This document shows positions 20,384 through 32,256 of a stretch of 64,000 bases of DNA, in pieces (position 1 is the stretch's first letter; the number at the start of each line of letters is the position of its first letter). The stretch is from Candidatus Multivorans sp. (GTDB taxonomy: Bacteria; Acidobacteriota; Thermoanaerobaculia; Multivoradales; Multivoraceae). The DNA is taken from NCBI GenBank assembly GCA_965247095.1, contig OZ251997.1, forward strand, positions 384,001 to 448,000, written 5' to 3'. The notes below the pieces were generated by a model. The model was given only the letters and a program-made list of their open reading frames with translations. It did no database searches and was not told the origin of the DNA. The translations under genes and the position numbers were made by a program.

Positions 20384-21831
20384 ATGCCCTTCGAACGTCT
20401 CAGCCTGACCGAACTGCTCGACCAGCTCGACGCCGGAGAATGCTCCTGCGTCGAGCTGATGGGCGCTACGCTCGACCGGATCGAGGCGACCCACTTGCGC
20501 CTGAACGCGGTGGTCAGCACAAGACCGCGCGAAGAGCTGCTTGCCGACGCTGAGGCCGCCGATCGCCGCCGGGCCGCCGGCGAGGCCGGCCCGCTCGAAG
20601 GGGTGCCACTCGGAGTCAAGGATCTCGAGGACGTGGCGGGCATGGTCACCAGCATGGGTTCGCGGGTGTTCCGGAACAACGTGGCCGAGAGCGACTCCAC
20701 CCAGGTGGCGCGGTTGCGGGCCGCGGGAGCGATCGTCGTCGGCAAGACGAACACGCCTGAGTTCGGGTTCACCGCGATCACGAAGAACCCGCTCTTCGGC
20801 GTGAGCCGATCGCCGTGGGACCTGGAACGAACCCCCGGCGGTTCGAGCGGCGGATCGGCGGCGGTGCTCGCGGGCGGCGTGCTGCCCCTGGTCACGTCGT
20901 CGGACGGCGGCGGATCGATCCGCATCCCGGCCAGCTTCACGGGCGCCTTCGGCCTCAAGCCGAGCCAGGGCAGGGTGCCTCGGGGGCCGATGCGGGCATG
21001 GGACTACGGGAGCACCGCGGTCTACGGTCCCTTGACCCGGACCGTGGCCGACGCCGCGCTGTTCCTCGATCTCGTCGCGGGCCCTTCGCCGTGCGACCCC
21101 GCCTCGTTGCCGGCGCCGGGTCTCAGCTACCGCGAGGCGTTCGACTCCGGTTTGCCGGCCTCCACGCGGATCGCCAGTCGCCGGACCTCGGCTATGCCCG
21201 GGTCCAGTCGGACGTCGGCCGCGTCGCGGCGCAAGCGGTGGCGGCGTTCGAGGAGGCGGGTCTTGCGGTCGAGCCCCTGGAAGAGCACGTCCCCGGCGGC
21301 CCGCCGATGCTGACCGCGGCCTGGGGCGCGCTCGGCAACTTCTTCCTCGCCGGTCAACTACACGGGCCGCTGCGGAACCAACGCCACGACATGACGCACT
21401 CCTTTGCCGAGGCGCTGGAGCGCTCGTGGGAGGTGACGCCCGAGTCGTTCGGTGAGGGCGCGCGTGAGCGCGGCCGTCTGAACCAGTGGTGCGGCGAGGT
21501 GTTCGACCGGTTCGACCTGCTCGTGACCCCGACCGTGCCGTACGATCCGCCGCCCGCCCGCGGACCCTTCCCGACCCACACCGAGGGCCGGGAACAGGTT
21601 CCGGCCGGCGTCGCCGCGTTCACGATTCCGTTCAACATGTCAGGCCATCCGGCCGCCACGGTGCGGGCCGGTTTCTCCGACGCCGGTCTGCCGGTGGGTC
21701 TGCACATCGTGGGCCCACGCCACCGCGACGACCTTGTGCTCCGGGCCGCGCGCGTGTTCGAACGGGCTCGTCCCTGGCACCCGAATTGGCCGGAGATTCA
21801 GGAACGGTTCACGGGATCACCGAGACCTTGA
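20384..21831 (+). pseudogene. Amidase-signature enzyme split by a frameshift near 21175 (pseudogene or sequencing error)
   Basis: KD, GKTNTPEF, GGSSGGS, SDGGGSIRIPA in frame 1; the continuation SPDLGYA..PFNMSGHPA..GLPVGL lies in another frame after 'atc gcc ag'. Confidence 0.85.
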
Positions 21832-22840
21832 CCGCGCCGGACCGTTTGTCGCCGGCGATCTCGAAGGCGCGCTCGATGTTGTCCAGCGGCACTTCGTGGG
21901 TCAGCAGGCCGGTGTGGTCTCCTCCGGCCGCGGTCAGGATGCGCACCGCCTCCTCGAAATCCGCCTCGCCGGGGCGGCGCGCGTAGCAGTTGGACCACTG
22001 AAGGCGCGCCTCCTTGCCCAGCAGCGTCAGAGGATCGAGCGTCAGGGGGCCGAGGAAGACGCCCAGGACGCTGATCGTGCCGCCCGGCGCCAATGCCGCC
22101 GCGGCCGCGTTCATCGTGTCCGCTGTGCCGCCGACTGTCTCGACGACCAGATCGGCGTCGAGGCCGGCCAGATCGTCCGTCGACGCGGCGTCGAGCGACT
22201 CGTGGACGCCGAGCCGCTTCGCCAGGCGCGCCTGGTGCTCGTAGCGGGCGGTGATCGCGATGTCGTCGAACTGCCAGGCGCGGGCGACCGCGGCCACCGC
22301 CAGACCGATCGCGCCGGCGCCGAGGATCAACAGGCGTTCCGGTGGCCTGCCGCCGTCGAAGCCAGCCAGACGCAGGCTGTGGACGGCCACCGCGAAGGGT
22401 TCGGCGAGTGCGGCGAGGGCCGGCGGGAGCGTTTCCGGAACCCGGTACAGGCGGTGCGCCGGCACGACCACGGCGTCGGCGAAGCCGCCGGGGCGGCGGA
22501 GGCCGTAGAGCTCCAGGTCCCGGCAGATGGAATCCCGGCCCTCGCGGCACGGGCCGCAATCGCCGCAGGACGCGAGCGGCTCGACGACGACCGGTTCGCC
22601 GCCGGCGAGGCCGTCGACTCCGGGGCCCAGGGCGTCGACCAAGCCGGCCATTTCATGCCCCATGGTCGAACCCGGGGCGACGATCGGCTGTGGGCTGTGA
22701 ACGAGATGCAGGTCCGTGCCGCAGAGCCCGCAGGCGGTGATGCGGACGCGGACCTCGCCGGGGCCGGGTTCCGGCAGCGGCCGTTCGGCCAGCGCCACCC
22801 TTCCCGGTTCCAGGTAGACGCCGGCGCGCATCGTCGTCAT
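21809..22840 (-). CDS. Zinc-dependent alcohol dehydrogenase (MDR)
   Basis: CGLCGTDLH, GHE, CxxCxxC..C structural Zn site, GAGAIG. Confidence 0.93.
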   Translation of the reverse strand: MTTMRAGVYLEPGRVALAERPLPEPGPGEVRVRITACGLCGTDLHLVHSPQPIVAPGSTMGHEMAGLVDALGPGVDGLAGGEPVVVEPLASCGDCGPCREGRDSICRDLELYGLRRPGGFADAVVVPAHRLYRVPETLPPALAALAEPFAVAVHSLRLAGFDGGRPPERLLILGAGAIGLAVAAVARAWQFDDIAITARYEHQARLAKRLGVHESLDAASTDDLAGLDADLVVETVGGTADTMNAAAAALAPGGTISVLGVFLGPLTLDPLTLLGKEARLQWSNCYARRPGEADFEEAVRILTAAGGDHTGLLTHEVPLDNIERAFEIAGDKRSGAVKVSVIP

Positions 22841-24096
22841 GGGGCCGCTCCTTCCTTCCCGTCTCCCAGACATACGGGAAGCGCAAGCAGGAACAACGCC
22901 CAGCGCTGGATCTCCGTATCGCGCCAGTTCGCCTCGAACAGGCCCGCGACGTTGAGGGCCAGCAGGGCGAAGAGAACACCCAGGCAGAGGTCCGCGCGGG
23001 GTCCGGCTCGCCCGCCCTCGCCGCGGTAGCGCTTGATCGCCAGGGCCGCCGCCGCGCCCATCAGCCACAGGTAGCAGAGCAGCGACGGGATGCCGCGGCT
23101 TGCGGCCATGTGGACGAACGTGTTGTGCAAGTGCTTGACCCGCGCCCGAACCGAGGTCGGATGGCGGTAGACCGGGTACCACTCGCGGACCATGGCCGGG
23201 CCGATGCCTGTGAGAGGCCGGTCGGCGATCATCTGGCCGCCGGCCCACAGCATGCAGAGCCGGTCGTAGTTCGACGGGTTGCGGACGTCGACCATGGACG
23301 TGGCGCGTTGCCAGTAGGTCGGCCAGAAGGTGGGCGCCACCGCGGCCAGCGAGACGGCCGCCAGCACGAGGGCGGCGCCGTAGCCCGCCAGGACCCGCCG
23401 GCGCTGCAGGGCGAAGGCGGCGGTGGCGACGGCGAAGGCGCCGAGCCAGGCGCTGCGGGTGAGCGTCAGGACGAGCGCAGCGCCGACGAGCGCCAGCACG
23501 AACCAGTTCACCTGCCGGCGCCAACCGTGGCTGCTCGCGACGCGGCCGGCGATCAGCGCCAGACCGAGCAGGAGCACGCCCGAGAAGGTCATGTAGTGCG
23601 AGAACGGCCCCGGGATCCGTTGGTGCAGCGGGCCGTAGTCGGTGAAGACGAACTGCGCCAGACCGTAGACGGCCAGGACGGCCGAGATGCCGATGACGGC
23701 GCTGACAACGACACGCACCTGCCGTTCGCCCCGGACCAGCAGGAGCGCCAGGGGCAGGGTGAGGACGGAGTAGAGCTGGGAGAGTTCCTGAAGACTCGTC
23801 GCCGGCTTGTAGGAGAAGGCCGCCGAGAGGACGAAGCAGCCGGTGTAGGCGGCCAGCGGGTAGAGGAGCCGTCGCCGTCGCCGGCGATCCTCGTCGCCGG
23901 CCGCGAAGAAGAGCCGTCGCCGCCGGACGGCGCACCAGACCAGCGTGAAGAACAGCAGGATGTTCGAGAGCGCGATCCCGAACGTGGTCACGAGCTGGCC
24001 CAGGAAGAGCCAGAAGCCCGCGTTTCCCCTCGCTTCCCGGCAGGGCCGGAGCACGGCGCGCTCAATCGCCGCCATCGGGCCCTGGGTCCGCTGCAT
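22837..24096 (-). CDS. O-antigen ligase (WaaL/Wzy_C) family protein
   Basis: Multiple TM segments, TLTRSAWLG, PLTGIGP, HLHN motif. Confidence 0.88.
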   Translation of the reverse strand: MQRTQGPMAAIERAVLRPCREARGNAGFWLFLGQLVTTFGIALSNILLFFTLVWCAVRRRRLFFAAGDEDRRRRRRLLYPLAAYTGCFVLSAAFSYKPATSLQELSQLYSVLTLPLALLLVRGERQVRVVVSAVIGISAVLAVYGLAQFVFTDYGPLHQRIPGPFSHYMTFSGVLLLGLALIAGRVASSHGWRRQVNWFVLALVGAALVLTLTRSAWLGAFAVATAAFALQRRRVLAGYGAALVLAAVSLAAVAPTFWPTYWQRATSMVDVRNPSNYDRLCMLWAGGQMIADRPLTGIGPAMVREWYPVYRHPTSVRARVKHLHNTFVHMAASRGIPSLLCYLWLMGAAAALAIKRYRGEGGRAGPRADLCLGVLFALLALNVAGLFEANWRDTEIQRWALFLLALPVCLGDGKEGAAP

Positions 24097-24101
24097 GGCG
24101 G

Positions 24102-26663
24102 TCAGTCTATGCGCGTCCGGCTCCGCACACTGGTCACCACGAGGCCCGGACGCAGTACCTCGACCCGGATGTCCCTGAGCCCGTCCGGGCCGGCCGCCGC
24201 GCCCGCCGGGGGCTCGAAGGCGATCAGGTAATGCGAGCGAAGGGCGCGCGCAATCTCGCGGTAGACGCGGTCCAGGTCGTCCACGGATTCAGCGGCGTGG
24301 TACTGGCCTCCAGTGCGGTCGGCGAGCGTTCGGAGCGCATCGACCGTCGCCGCGTCGCTTACTCGCAGCGCGATCGGGTAGGTCGCAACGCCGGCCAGCT
24401 CGACCTGGGCCAGCACGCGCTTGAAGTCGAGGTTGCTGTCGGTGTCGGCGCCGTCGCTCAAGACGACGAGAGCGCGCCGGTCCGGCCGTCCCGCGAAGGA
24501 GGACACGGCGTAAGCGATGCCGTCGTAGAGCCGGGTCGCGCCCCAGGCCCGCAGGCCCTCGGCGGCGTAGCGAAGCTGCCGGGTGTCGCCGACAAAGGGC
24601 GTCAGCCGCTCGAGATCATGGTTGAAGACGAGGAGGCTGGCGGCGTCGCGCTCGGTCAGAACCCGTTCGAAGAAACGCTGCGCGCTCGTGGCCGCAACCC
24701 GTACGCTGCGTCCCAGGGAGCTGGAGACGTCCATCAGCAGGGCAACGTTCATCGGCCGGTCCGCGAGGTTGCGGAAGTCATGGACCGGCACCTCGATGCC
24801 CTGGTGGAGAACCCGGAAGTCCCCCGGTCCGAGGTCCGTCGCCGGGCCGGTCTGCCGGCCGCCGACCGAGACGAGGAGATCGACCAGGCGCACATCGATC
24901 TGCTCAGGCGCCCCGGCGCCCAGGAATGCGAGATCCTCGACCTGCTCGCCGGAGCGGAGCGTGGCCACGGCGCGAACGAAGCTGAGGGGTAGCCGCAGCC
25001 CGGCCGGAACCCGGCAACGGAAGGGCGGCGCGGTCATCCGTTCGAGCAGGTCCGCGCCCAGGAAGCAGTCGACGCGATCGAGTTCGTGTCCGGACGGCAG
25101 GTCGACACGGACCGCGAGGTCGAGCGCCTGCTCCAGACGGGCCGCGTCAGGACTTTCCAGGGCGATCGCGAACGGGCGCTCTTCCCGTTCGATGTCGAGG
25201 CCGTGCCGGGCCACGAGCCGCCCCTCGCGGTCGAGTCCACGGACTTCGATCCGGTGACGCTGCTCCGGCAGATCGACGGCGTGAACGAAGGGCGGTTCGC
25301 CGACCCTGGCTACCGTCTGGCCGTCGCGCAGGAAGACGACCTCGGCGATGCCGGGGCTGGCTGTGGCGCGGGCGGTGAACGTGGCGCCCAGCACCCGGCC
25401 GTCCGGCGCCAGCAGTTCGACGCTCGGCAATTGGGTCAGGACGATCGTTTCCCGCCGGGTCAGCAGGTGGAGATCCGGCACGTCCAGCGGCGTTGGAAGC
25501 GCCGGCACGTCGACCGTGTTGCTGCTGCGGAGCAGCCCGCGCCCGAGGTTGTCCTCGGCGCGGAGTTCAAAGCGGTACGCGCCGGCCGGCAGGCGCCGGT
25601 AGAAGTCGAGTGCGATGTCCGGTGCGCGGTCGCCGGCGTCCGTCGCGTCGACCGGAATGCCGCCGCTGATGTGATGGGTGACGACGAAGGCGTCGGCAAG
25701 CTGGTTGCCGAGGAAGACATCGCCCGTGATCGTCACCCGGTCGAGGATCTGGCCGGCGCCGAGTTCGGCGAGATGCTCGTGAGGAAGCCGCAGCCGGCCA
25801 CGCATCGCGGTGCGGCGGTTCTCGCTGCCGAGGGCCTCGAACTCCAGTGAGACGCCCCGCAGGGCCATGGCGGCAGGATCGAGGACGGCCTCCACGCGCA
25901 GGAAGTCGTCGACCCAGCTCGAGGTCCGGTCTTCGGCCCCGGCCGGTTCACCTGCCCAACCCAGCCGCTCGATAAACCGCCGCCAGCCTGTCGCGCGTTC
26001 AAGCCGCCGCTGCAGCCGGGCGCGTTCGTTCGCGGTCAGGCAGCGGCGGCGCTCCGCCTGCCCCAGTACGCGGAGCGCGTCGACTGGCGGCGGAGGGGTG
26101 GCGTCGTCACCCGCACCGTCCGAGGCTTTGGGGGCGAAGGTGAGGTCCGCGCCGGACTCCTGCGACCACAGGGCCATCGACCGGGGGTCGAAGTTGACCT
26201 GCTGCACGAAGGCCAGTAACAGATCGCCATCGCGTGCCGCCGGGAGCCGGCCGAGTTGGTGCTCGAGCCGCCAGCGGTCGTAGGTCCAGATCTCGATCCG
26301 GCGCAGGGCCGATTCGCACGGTTCGACCATCTGCCGGTCAGCCGGCTTGCCGGCCAGCAGCACGGCGCGCTCCATTGCCGGCGACCGCTCGCGGAGCTGG
26401 TCGCGGGCCCTCCGGTTCTCCTGCCAGCGTTCGAGCAGGCGCGGCGGACGTGCCGCCCAGAAGGCGCGCAGGAAGCGCTCGCGCGCGCCCGGGCCTTCGA
26501 GCTGTTCGAAGGCCCGGCGCTCGCGGTCGTCAAGGAGCGGCTCAACCTCGGCGAGCCACTGTGTGTAGAAGTCGGGCAGGCGCGCCTGCGGCCGGCGGCT
26601 GCCCTGAGCTTCAACGGATTCCGCGGAAGCCGCGGTCAGCGCCGCCGCGGCGAGCAGCAGCAA
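24102..26663 (-). CDS. GWxTD-like N-terminus plus C-terminal VWA domain protein
   Basis: FYTQWLAEVEPLL..ER..F..FW; Ig-like repeats; MIDAS DVSSSL, TRLYD, LSDGAD. Confidence 0.8.
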   Translation of the reverse strand: MLLLAAAALTAASAESVEAQGSRRPQARLPDFYTQWLAEVEPLLDDRERRAFEQLEGPGARERFLRAFWAARPPRLLERWQENRRARDQLRERSPAMERAVLLAGKPADRQMVEPCESALRRIEIWTYDRWRLEHQLGRLPAARDGDLLLAFVQQVNFDPRSMALWSQESGADLTFAPKASDGAGDDATPPPPVDALRVLGQAERRRCLTANERARLQRRLERATGWRRFIERLGWAGEPAGAEDRTSSWVDDFLRVEAVLDPAAMALRGVSLEFEALGSENRRTAMRGRLRLPHEHLAELGAGQILDRVTITGDVFLGNQLADAFVVTHHISGGIPVDATDAGDRAPDIALDFYRRLPAGAYRFELRAEDNLGRGLLRSSNTVDVPALPTPLDVPDLHLLTRRETIVLTQLPSVELLAPDGRVLGATFTARATASPGIAEVVFLRDGQTVARVGEPPFVHAVDLPEQRHRIEVRGLDREGRLVARHGLDIEREERPFAIALESPDAARLEQALDLAVRVDLPSGHELDRVDCFLGADLLERMTAPPFRCRVPAGLRLPLSFVRAVATLRSGEQVEDLAFLGAGAPEQIDVRLVDLLVSVGGRQTGPATDLGPGDFRVLHQGIEVPVHDFRNLADRPMNVALLMDVSSSLGRSVRVAATSAQRFFERVLTERDAASLLVFNHDLERLTPFVGDTRQLRYAAEGLRAWGATRLYDGIAYAVSSFAGRPDRRALVVLSDGADTDSNLDFKRVLAQVELAGVATYPIALRVSDAATVDALRTLADRTGGQYHAAESVDDLDRVYREIARALRSHYLIAFEPPAGAAAGPDGLRDIRVEVLRPGLVVTSVRSRTRID

Positions 26664-26720
26664 GGCGGCTGCGCGAGGGCAGCCGCACCGATTGAGCCGC
26701 TGATCCGAGCGGATCGACCC

Positions 26721-27533
26721 CTACTCCGGCAGCAGCGCCTTGATGGAGTCCGAGGGCTCGAACACGCTCTCGTCCACATCGTCGTAGGTCACGGACTCGA
26801 TGGTCTGGGTCATCTCCATACCCATGAAACTGATGGCCACCCTGCTCGGGGCCATCAGACCGCCGAACTCCTTGTAGTCGCTCGAGCTGATCGTGACATC
26901 GACAGTGCCCATCTCACTCGTCTGTGTGGTCTCGATACCGATCAGGAGGCCGGTGTCCTTGGCGAAGTAGTGCGAGGATTCGTTGCCGTCGGTGTCGACG
27001 AGGTCGAGCTGGTAGGCCGCCTGGCCGTTCCACTCTGTTTCCCCGGCAGCCTGCTGCCCGGGGTAGATCTCGTCGTACTCCAACTCGGCGTAGAAGCGGG
27101 CGTTGCGCGCGGCGTCCTTCAGCATCCGGCCATCCAGGAGGCGTGTGCCCTGCATTGGATCCTCGGCCCAGCCGATCTCGCCGTTGTAGACCTGAAGGGT
27201 TTCGCCAAAGCCAGCCATGTTGGTCGACTCGAAGTACTTGTCGGGCGCCATTGTGTAGATCGTCGTGTCACCGGAGACACCCATTGCGGGCAGGTCGAAC
27301 GCGGCCTTGATGGTTGCGGAGCTGTGCGCCCGTATGGCCTCCTCGCCACCCATCGCTTCAACGAAGCGGGCGACGATCTTCTCTTCCTCCGTCAGCTCTC
27401 GAGGTGGTGGGATCTCTTCCGCTACCTCTTGGGGTGGTGGAAGATCTGCGTTGCGGGCAGAGCAGGCGCCGAGAATCAGACCGCAGCAGGCAAGTGCGAG
27501 CACGGTGCGGCGGCGAAGGGGATGGAAAGACAT
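26721..27533 (-). CDS. Lipoprotein, LolA-like/DUF620-type fold
   Basis: LGAC lipobox; IVARFVEAMGG; YFAKDTGLL; SDYKEFGG. Confidence 0.65.
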   Translation of the reverse strand: MSFHPLRRRTVLALACCGLILGACSARNADLPPPQEVAEEIPPPRELTEEEKIVARFVEAMGGEEAIRAHSSATIKAAFDLPAMGVSGDTTIYTMAPDKYFESTNMAGFGETLQVYNGEIGWAEDPMQGTRLLDGRMLKDAARNARFYAELEYDEIYPGQQAAGETEWNGQAAYQLDLVDTDGNESSHYFAKDTGLLIGIETTQTSEMGTVDVTISSSDYKEFGGLMAPSRVAISFMGMEMTQTIESVTYDDVDESVFEPSDSIKALLPE

Positions 27534-27611
27534 GGGCGGGTCTCCTTCGGAGAGTGTGTTGGTTGTCGTACCTGACTACGTAGAAGCGGCGGCGCGGTTG
27601 CGGTGCGTTTC

Positions 27612-28823
27612 CTAGCTTGCCCATTTCCTGGCTGCCGCCAGGGCCTCTTCCGACGGCGGCAGAGTGGGCTTGAGGCGCGCGGTCACGTTGAACGGTTCCG
27701 TGTCGATTTCGTCCAGGCCTTGTTCGCCGGCGAGGACTGCCTGCTTCCATTCCTGCTGCGCATCTTCGCGCTCCTGGAACTCGGGCATCACTTCGCGCGC
27801 GAACAGCTCCAGGCTGCTCATGATGTCCTCGTGGGTGTTCTTGCCGGCTTGGTTGAGCAGGATAACCTGATCCACGTGGGCCCGCTCGAGCTCCAGCAGG
27901 CGCTCGCGGATTGTGGCCGGTGAGCCGATCAGTTCGCTGCCGGAGCGTCTGCGGCCTTCGGGCGTCTGCTTCCACTCCTGGTAGCGCTCCCAGAAGTTGT
28001 TCGACCTGGGCTCGAACGGGCCTTCCTTGTTGTAGAGCTGGAGGGCGAACTGGAAGAACGTCCAGCCGTCGGCCTTCTGTTGCGCTTCCTCGTCGGTGGG
28101 CGCGCACATGAAGCCGCCAACCACGGCGAGGTTCGGGTTCGTCTGGTAGTCGCAGAGCTTCTGCTGATCGCCGACGAAGGTGTTGTAGTACGCGTTGACC
28201 CAGGCGCGGGCGGAGTCGAGGTCGACGAACTTGAAGCACAGCGCGCCCATGCCGCGGTGGGCGGCGTAACGGATCGTTTCGAGCTGCGAGCAGGCGACCC
28301 AGAGCGGCGGGTGGGGCCGCTGCAGCGGCTTTGGAATCACGTTGCGCAGCGGGAAGTCGAAGTAGTGGCCGTGGTACTCCCAGCCCTCGTTCCAGAACAT
28401 CGGCAGGCAGGCCTGGACCGCCTCCTCCCACACGATCCGCTTGTCGCGGAAACTGCGGCCGAAGGGGTGGAGTTCGGTGACGCTCGAGCCCTCGCCGAGC
28501 CCGAGTTCGACGCGGCCGTTCGACACCAGATCGAGGGTCGAGACGCGTTCCGCCACCCGCGCCGGGTGGTTCGTCGTCAACTGGACGATGCCGTGGCCGA
28601 GGCGGATGTTCTTGGTGCGCTGCGACGCCGCGGCCAGGAAGACCTCGGGCGCCGAACTGTGCGAGTACTCCTCCAGGAAGTGGTGCTCCACCTCCCAGGC
28701 GTAGTCGTAACCGAGCCGGTCCGCGAGTTCGATCTGCTCCAGCGAGTTATGGAGCAGCCGGTGCTCCGAGTCCGCCTTCCACGGTTTCGGTAGCTGGTGC
28801 TCGTAGAAGATGCCGAATTTCAT
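27612..28823 (-). CDS. Luciferase-like (LLM) flavin-dependent oxidoreductase
   Basis: MKFGIFYEHQ, VEHHFLEEYSH, TLDLVSNGRVELG, PKPLQRPHPP. Confidence 0.95.
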   Translation of the reverse strand: MKFGIFYEHQLPKPWKADSEHRLLHNSLEQIELADRLGYDYAWEVEHHFLEEYSHSSAPEVFLAAASQRTKNIRLGHGIVQLTTNHPARVAERVSTLDLVSNGRVELGLGEGSSVTELHPFGRSFRDKRIVWEEAVQACLPMFWNEGWEYHGHYFDFPLRNVIPKPLQRPHPPLWVACSQLETIRYAAHRGMGALCFKFVDLDSARAWVNAYYNTFVGDQQKLCDYQTNPNLAVVGGFMCAPTDEEAQQKADGWTFFQFALQLYNKEGPFEPRSNNFWERYQEWKQTPEGRRRSGSELIGSPATIRERLLELERAHVDQVILLNQAGKNTHEDIMSSLELFAREVMPEFQEREDAQQEWKQAVLAGEQGLDEIDTEPFNVTARLKPTLPPSEEALAAARKWAS

Positions 28824-28881
28824 GGCAGCCGACAGTAACACTGCCGCGCTTGCAGCGGACTGTTAGGGTCGCGCGTCGGAG

Positions 28882-29169
28882 GTGATGGCCATGGCGATGA
28901 CTACAGACGAAGTGCGGGCGGCTTGCGGTGAGTTGAACGGTTGGGAGGCGGACCTGGACGTGCCTTCGATCGCACGGGACTACCAGTTTCCGACTTTTCC
29001 CGCGGCGGTGCGTTTCGTGGACTTCGTTGCCGAGCTGGCCGAAGCGGCGGACCACCATCCGGACATCGACATCCGCTACAACCGGGTCCGGCTCACCTTG
29101 AGCACCCACTCCGCGGGCGGCGTGACCGAGAAGGACTTCGCCCTCGCCCGCGCGATCGACCAGAGCTGA
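28882..29169 (+). CDS. phhB: Pterin-4a-carbinolamine dehydratase
   Basis: [31 protein letters not shown]. Confidence 0.9.
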   Translation: MMAMAMTTDEVRAACGELNGWEADLDVPSIARDYQFPTFPAAVRFVDFVAELAEAADHHPDIDIRYNRVRLTLSTHSAGGVTEKDFALARAIDQS

Positions 29170-29188
29170 TCAGCCCGGCCGGTTACCC

Positions 29189-30040
29189 GTGACGCAACCC
29201 CTCGAAGCGGCAGCGCCGACGCGTACGCTGGAGGCGCCGTACTACCTGCCCGTCGGCAACGAGGTCGAGCTGTTCCTGGCCGCTTACCGGGCACGGCTGC
29301 CGGTGCTGCTCAAGGGGCCGACTGGTTGCGGCAAGACCCGGTTCCTGGAACACATGACGCACCGCGTCTACCGCGGCGGTGAAGCCGGGACACGAGCCCG
29401 TATCGAACAGCCCTTAGTGACGGTCGCCTGCCACGAGGACCTCACCGCCACGGACCTGGTGGGCCGGTACCTGCTGGAGGGCGACGACACGGTCTGGATG
29501 GACGGCCCGCTGACGCGGGCGGTGCGCGACGGGTCGATCTGCTATCTGGACGAGATCGTCGAGGCGCGCAAGGACACGACGGTGCTGATCCACGCGCTGA
29601 CGGACCACCGGCGCATCCTGCCGATCGAGAAGCGGGGCGAGATCCTGCCCGCGCACCCCGATTTTCTGCTCGTTTTGTCGTACAACCCGGGCTACCAGAG
29701 CGTCGCCAAGGACCTGAAGCCCAGCACGCGCCAGCGCTTCGTGGCGCTCGAGTTCGACTACCCGCCGCCGGAGATCGAAGCCGAGATCATCGCGCACGAG
29801 GCGGACGTCGACGTGACGCTGGCCCGCGACCTGGCCGAACTCGGCAAGCGCATTCGCAACCTGCATCACCGCGGCTTCGACGAAGGGGTCAGCACCCGGC
29901 TGCTGATCTACACGGCTCAGTTGATCGTGGGCGGCATCAGTGTGCGCGAGGCGTGCGTTGCCGCGATCTGCCGGGCGATCACCGACGACGACGAAGTCCA
30001 GCGCGCGGTGACTGAGGTCGCGTCGACTCTCCTGTCTTGA
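29189..30040 (+). CDS. CbbQ/NirQ/NorQ-family MoxR AAA+ ATPase
   Basis: [40 protein letters not shown]. Confidence 0.95.
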   Translation: MTQPLEAAAPTRTLEAPYYLPVGNEVELFLAAYRARLPVLLKGPTGCGKTRFLEHMTHRVYRGGEAGTRARIEQPLVTVACHEDLTATDLVGRYLLEGDDTVWMDGPLTRAVRDGSICYLDEIVEARKDTTVLIHALTDHRRILPIEKRGEILPAHPDFLLVLSYNPGYQSVAKDLKPSTRQRFVALEFDYPPPEIEAEIIAHEADVDVTLARDLAELGKRIRNLHHRGFDEGVSTRLLIYTAQLIVGGISVREACVAAICRAITDDDEVQRAVTEVASTLLS

Positions 30041-32247
30041 CCGCCGTAGAACTCGACGACATCGGACGCATCCTCGAGATCTACGTCGAGGCGATGCTGG
30101 CGCGTCCGGCCGAGGTCCGTCCGCTCGCCGATCTGTCGACCGGCGACCGGTCGCGCGGCGGCCACGTCGACCTCGAAGGCGCCGCCGCCGCGGGCCGCCC
30201 GACGACCGACGGCGCGGCCTTCTACCTGCCGGAGCGGATCGCGCGCTTTCCCGACCGCTACGGGAACTTCATGGTCTACCGGATGGCGGTGTTGCACCAG
30301 TTGGGCGGTGTCTTGTTCGGCACCTACCGCCGCGGCCCCGTCCGGTTCGCCGACTTCTTCGCCGGGTTCGAGGAGCCAGGCCTGGCCCGGGCGCTGTTTG
30401 CGCGACTCGAAGGGGCGCGGATCGACGCCGCCCTGGCGCGTACGTTCCGGGGCGTCCGCCGCGACCTGCTGCGGCTGATCGACGACGCCCTGGAGTCGTC
30501 GCCGGCGCCTCCGTCGAGGCCTCGGCGGCGACATCGGCGCCGCGAAGCGGCTCTGTTCGAGCTGGCCGGCTCGCTGCTGGAGGCCCAGCGCGCGCTACTG
30601 ACGGTGCCCGCATCCGGCGCCGGACTACGCCACGGAGGCGACCTCCCGGTCGAAGCCGCGTCCCTGCTCCAACCCGGCGCCACCGTCGAGGACACCCGAG
30701 GGGCGGTGCGCGCTCTCTATCCGGCGCTCGCTGCCCTGCGTTCAAGCGGCATCCTGGCCGACCCCGGCGTGCCGGCCGACGATGCCCGCGCGGAAGATCG
30801 TCGCCAGGAGCCCGACGCGGACCCCGTCCCGCAGTCCCTCGAAGTACCGGCGCCGGCCCACCACGGCGACCCGGCGCCGGAGCGGGTCGAGCTGCGAGGC
30901 GAGTGGGCCGAACTTGCCGCCGAGGTCGAACTGCGGGACGACGTGGCGCCGGGCCCGGTGGCCTCGGGCATGCTGGACCAGTTGCAGGTCGACGAGCTCG
31001 GCGTGCTCAGCCTCCAGGACGGTGACCTCTCGGGTACGGCCGGACTGCCGCTCACCGACCTGGACGTCACCGGGGCGATCGAGGCCGAGGCCGGCGACAC
31101 GGACGGCGAGCCGATCGAACTCGACCCCGAAGAGCTTGCCGCCCGCCTGGAAGAACTATCGAAGCGGCTCGAACGCGAGCTCGAGGCGGCGGGCTTGAAC
31201 CGCGACCGCGAGCAGGTCCACTACTACGACGAATGGGACCACGAACTCGCCGGTTACCGTCGCCGCTGGTGCCACCTCAGGGAGAAGACAATCGAACCGC
31301 CATCCACCGACGGCGGCGGCGACACCGCGGTCTCGGGTCACCGATTCGTCGACGAGACGAGACACCACCATGCCGACCTGCTGCGGCGCGTGCGACGCCA
31401 GTTCGAGTTGCTCAAGCCGGAGGAGTTCCGGCGCGTGCGGCGGCTGATCGAAGGCGAGGAACTCGACCTCGACCGGGTGGTGGAGACCCACGTCGACCGC
31501 CGCGCCGGCCGTCCGCCGGACGGCGCCGTCTACATGAGCCGCCGCCGCCAGCACCGCGACGTGGCGGCGGCGTTCCTGCTCGACATGAGCGCTTCGACCG
31601 ACGCCGAGGCGCCGACCTGTGAGCCGGAACCCGTTCCCGGCAAGACCCCGGCGCCCGAGTACGTGGGCGTCTTCGACGACTTCGACTGGCCCGACAATCC
31701 GCAGCCCCTGCCGCCCGGCCGCCGGGTGATCGACATCGAGAAGGAGTCCCTGGTGCTGATGGCCGATGCGCTCGAGACCCTGGGCGACGACTACGCGATC
31801 TACGGCTTCTCCGGGTTCGGCCGCAAGGAGGTCGACTTTTTCGTCGCCAAGGAGTTCGACGATGACCTCAACCGCGAGACCGAGGACCGGATCGCGGCGA
31901 TGGAACCGAAGCGCAGCACCCGGATGGGGCCGGCGATCCGCCACGCCGCAGTGAAGCTCGCCGAGCGCGAGGCGAGGGTCAAGGTGCTGCTGATCCTCTC
32001 CGACGGCTATCCCCAGGACTTCGACTACGGCAGCGACCGCGCCTCCCGTGTCTACGGCATCCGCGACACGATGGTGGCCCTGCGCGAAACGGAGCGTCAG
32101 GGCGTTTCGACCTTCTGCATCACCGTCGACCCCGCCGGCCACGACTACCTGCGCGAGATGTGCCCCGAGCGCCGTTACCTGGTGATCGACGAAATCGCGG
32201 CCCTGCCGAGTCAGTTGCCGAAGGTGTACCGGGGCTTGACGGCGTAG
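30037..32247 (+). CDS. CbbO/NorD-family VWA adaptor protein
   Basis: [30 protein letters not shown]; overlaps the ATPase stop. Confidence 0.92.
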   Translation: MTAVELDDIGRILEIYVEAMLARPAEVRPLADLSTGDRSRGGHVDLEGAAAAGRPTTDGAAFYLPERIARFPDRYGNFMVYRMAVLHQLGGVLFGTYRRGPVRFADFFAGFEEPGLARALFARLEGARIDAALARTFRGVRRDLLRLIDDALESSPAPPSRPRRRHRRREAALFELAGSLLEAQRALLTVPASGAGLRHGGDLPVEAASLLQPGATVEDTRGAVRALYPALAALRSSGILADPGVPADDARAEDRRQEPDADPVPQSLEVPAPAHHGDPAPERVELRGEWAELAAEVELRDDVAPGPVASGMLDQLQVDELGVLSLQDGDLSGTAGLPLTDLDVTGAIEAEAGDTDGEPIELDPEELAARLEELSKRLERELEAAGLNRDREQVHYYDEWDHELAGYRRRWCHLREKTIEPPSTDGGGDTAVSGHRFVDETRHHHADLLRRVRRQFELLKPEEFRRVRRLIEGEELDLDRVVETHVDRRAGRPPDGAVYMSRRRQHRDVAAAFLLDMSASTDAEAPTCEPEPVPGKTPAPEYVGVFDDFDWPDNPQPLPPGRRVIDIEKESLVLMADALETLGDDYAIYGFSGFGRKEVDFFVAKEFDDDLNRETEDRIAAMEPKRSTRMGPAIRHAAVKLAEREARVKVLLILSDGYPQDFDYGSDRASRVYGIRDTMVALRETERQGVSTFCITVDPAGHDYLREMCPERRYLVIDEIAALPSQLPKVYRGLTA

Positions 32248-32256
32248 CGGCTGCGC

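Noticed and set aside
29189-32247. Evidence for denitrification or carbon fixation
   Set aside because: No norBC or Rubisco genes in the window; the chaperone pair alone is not diagnostic.
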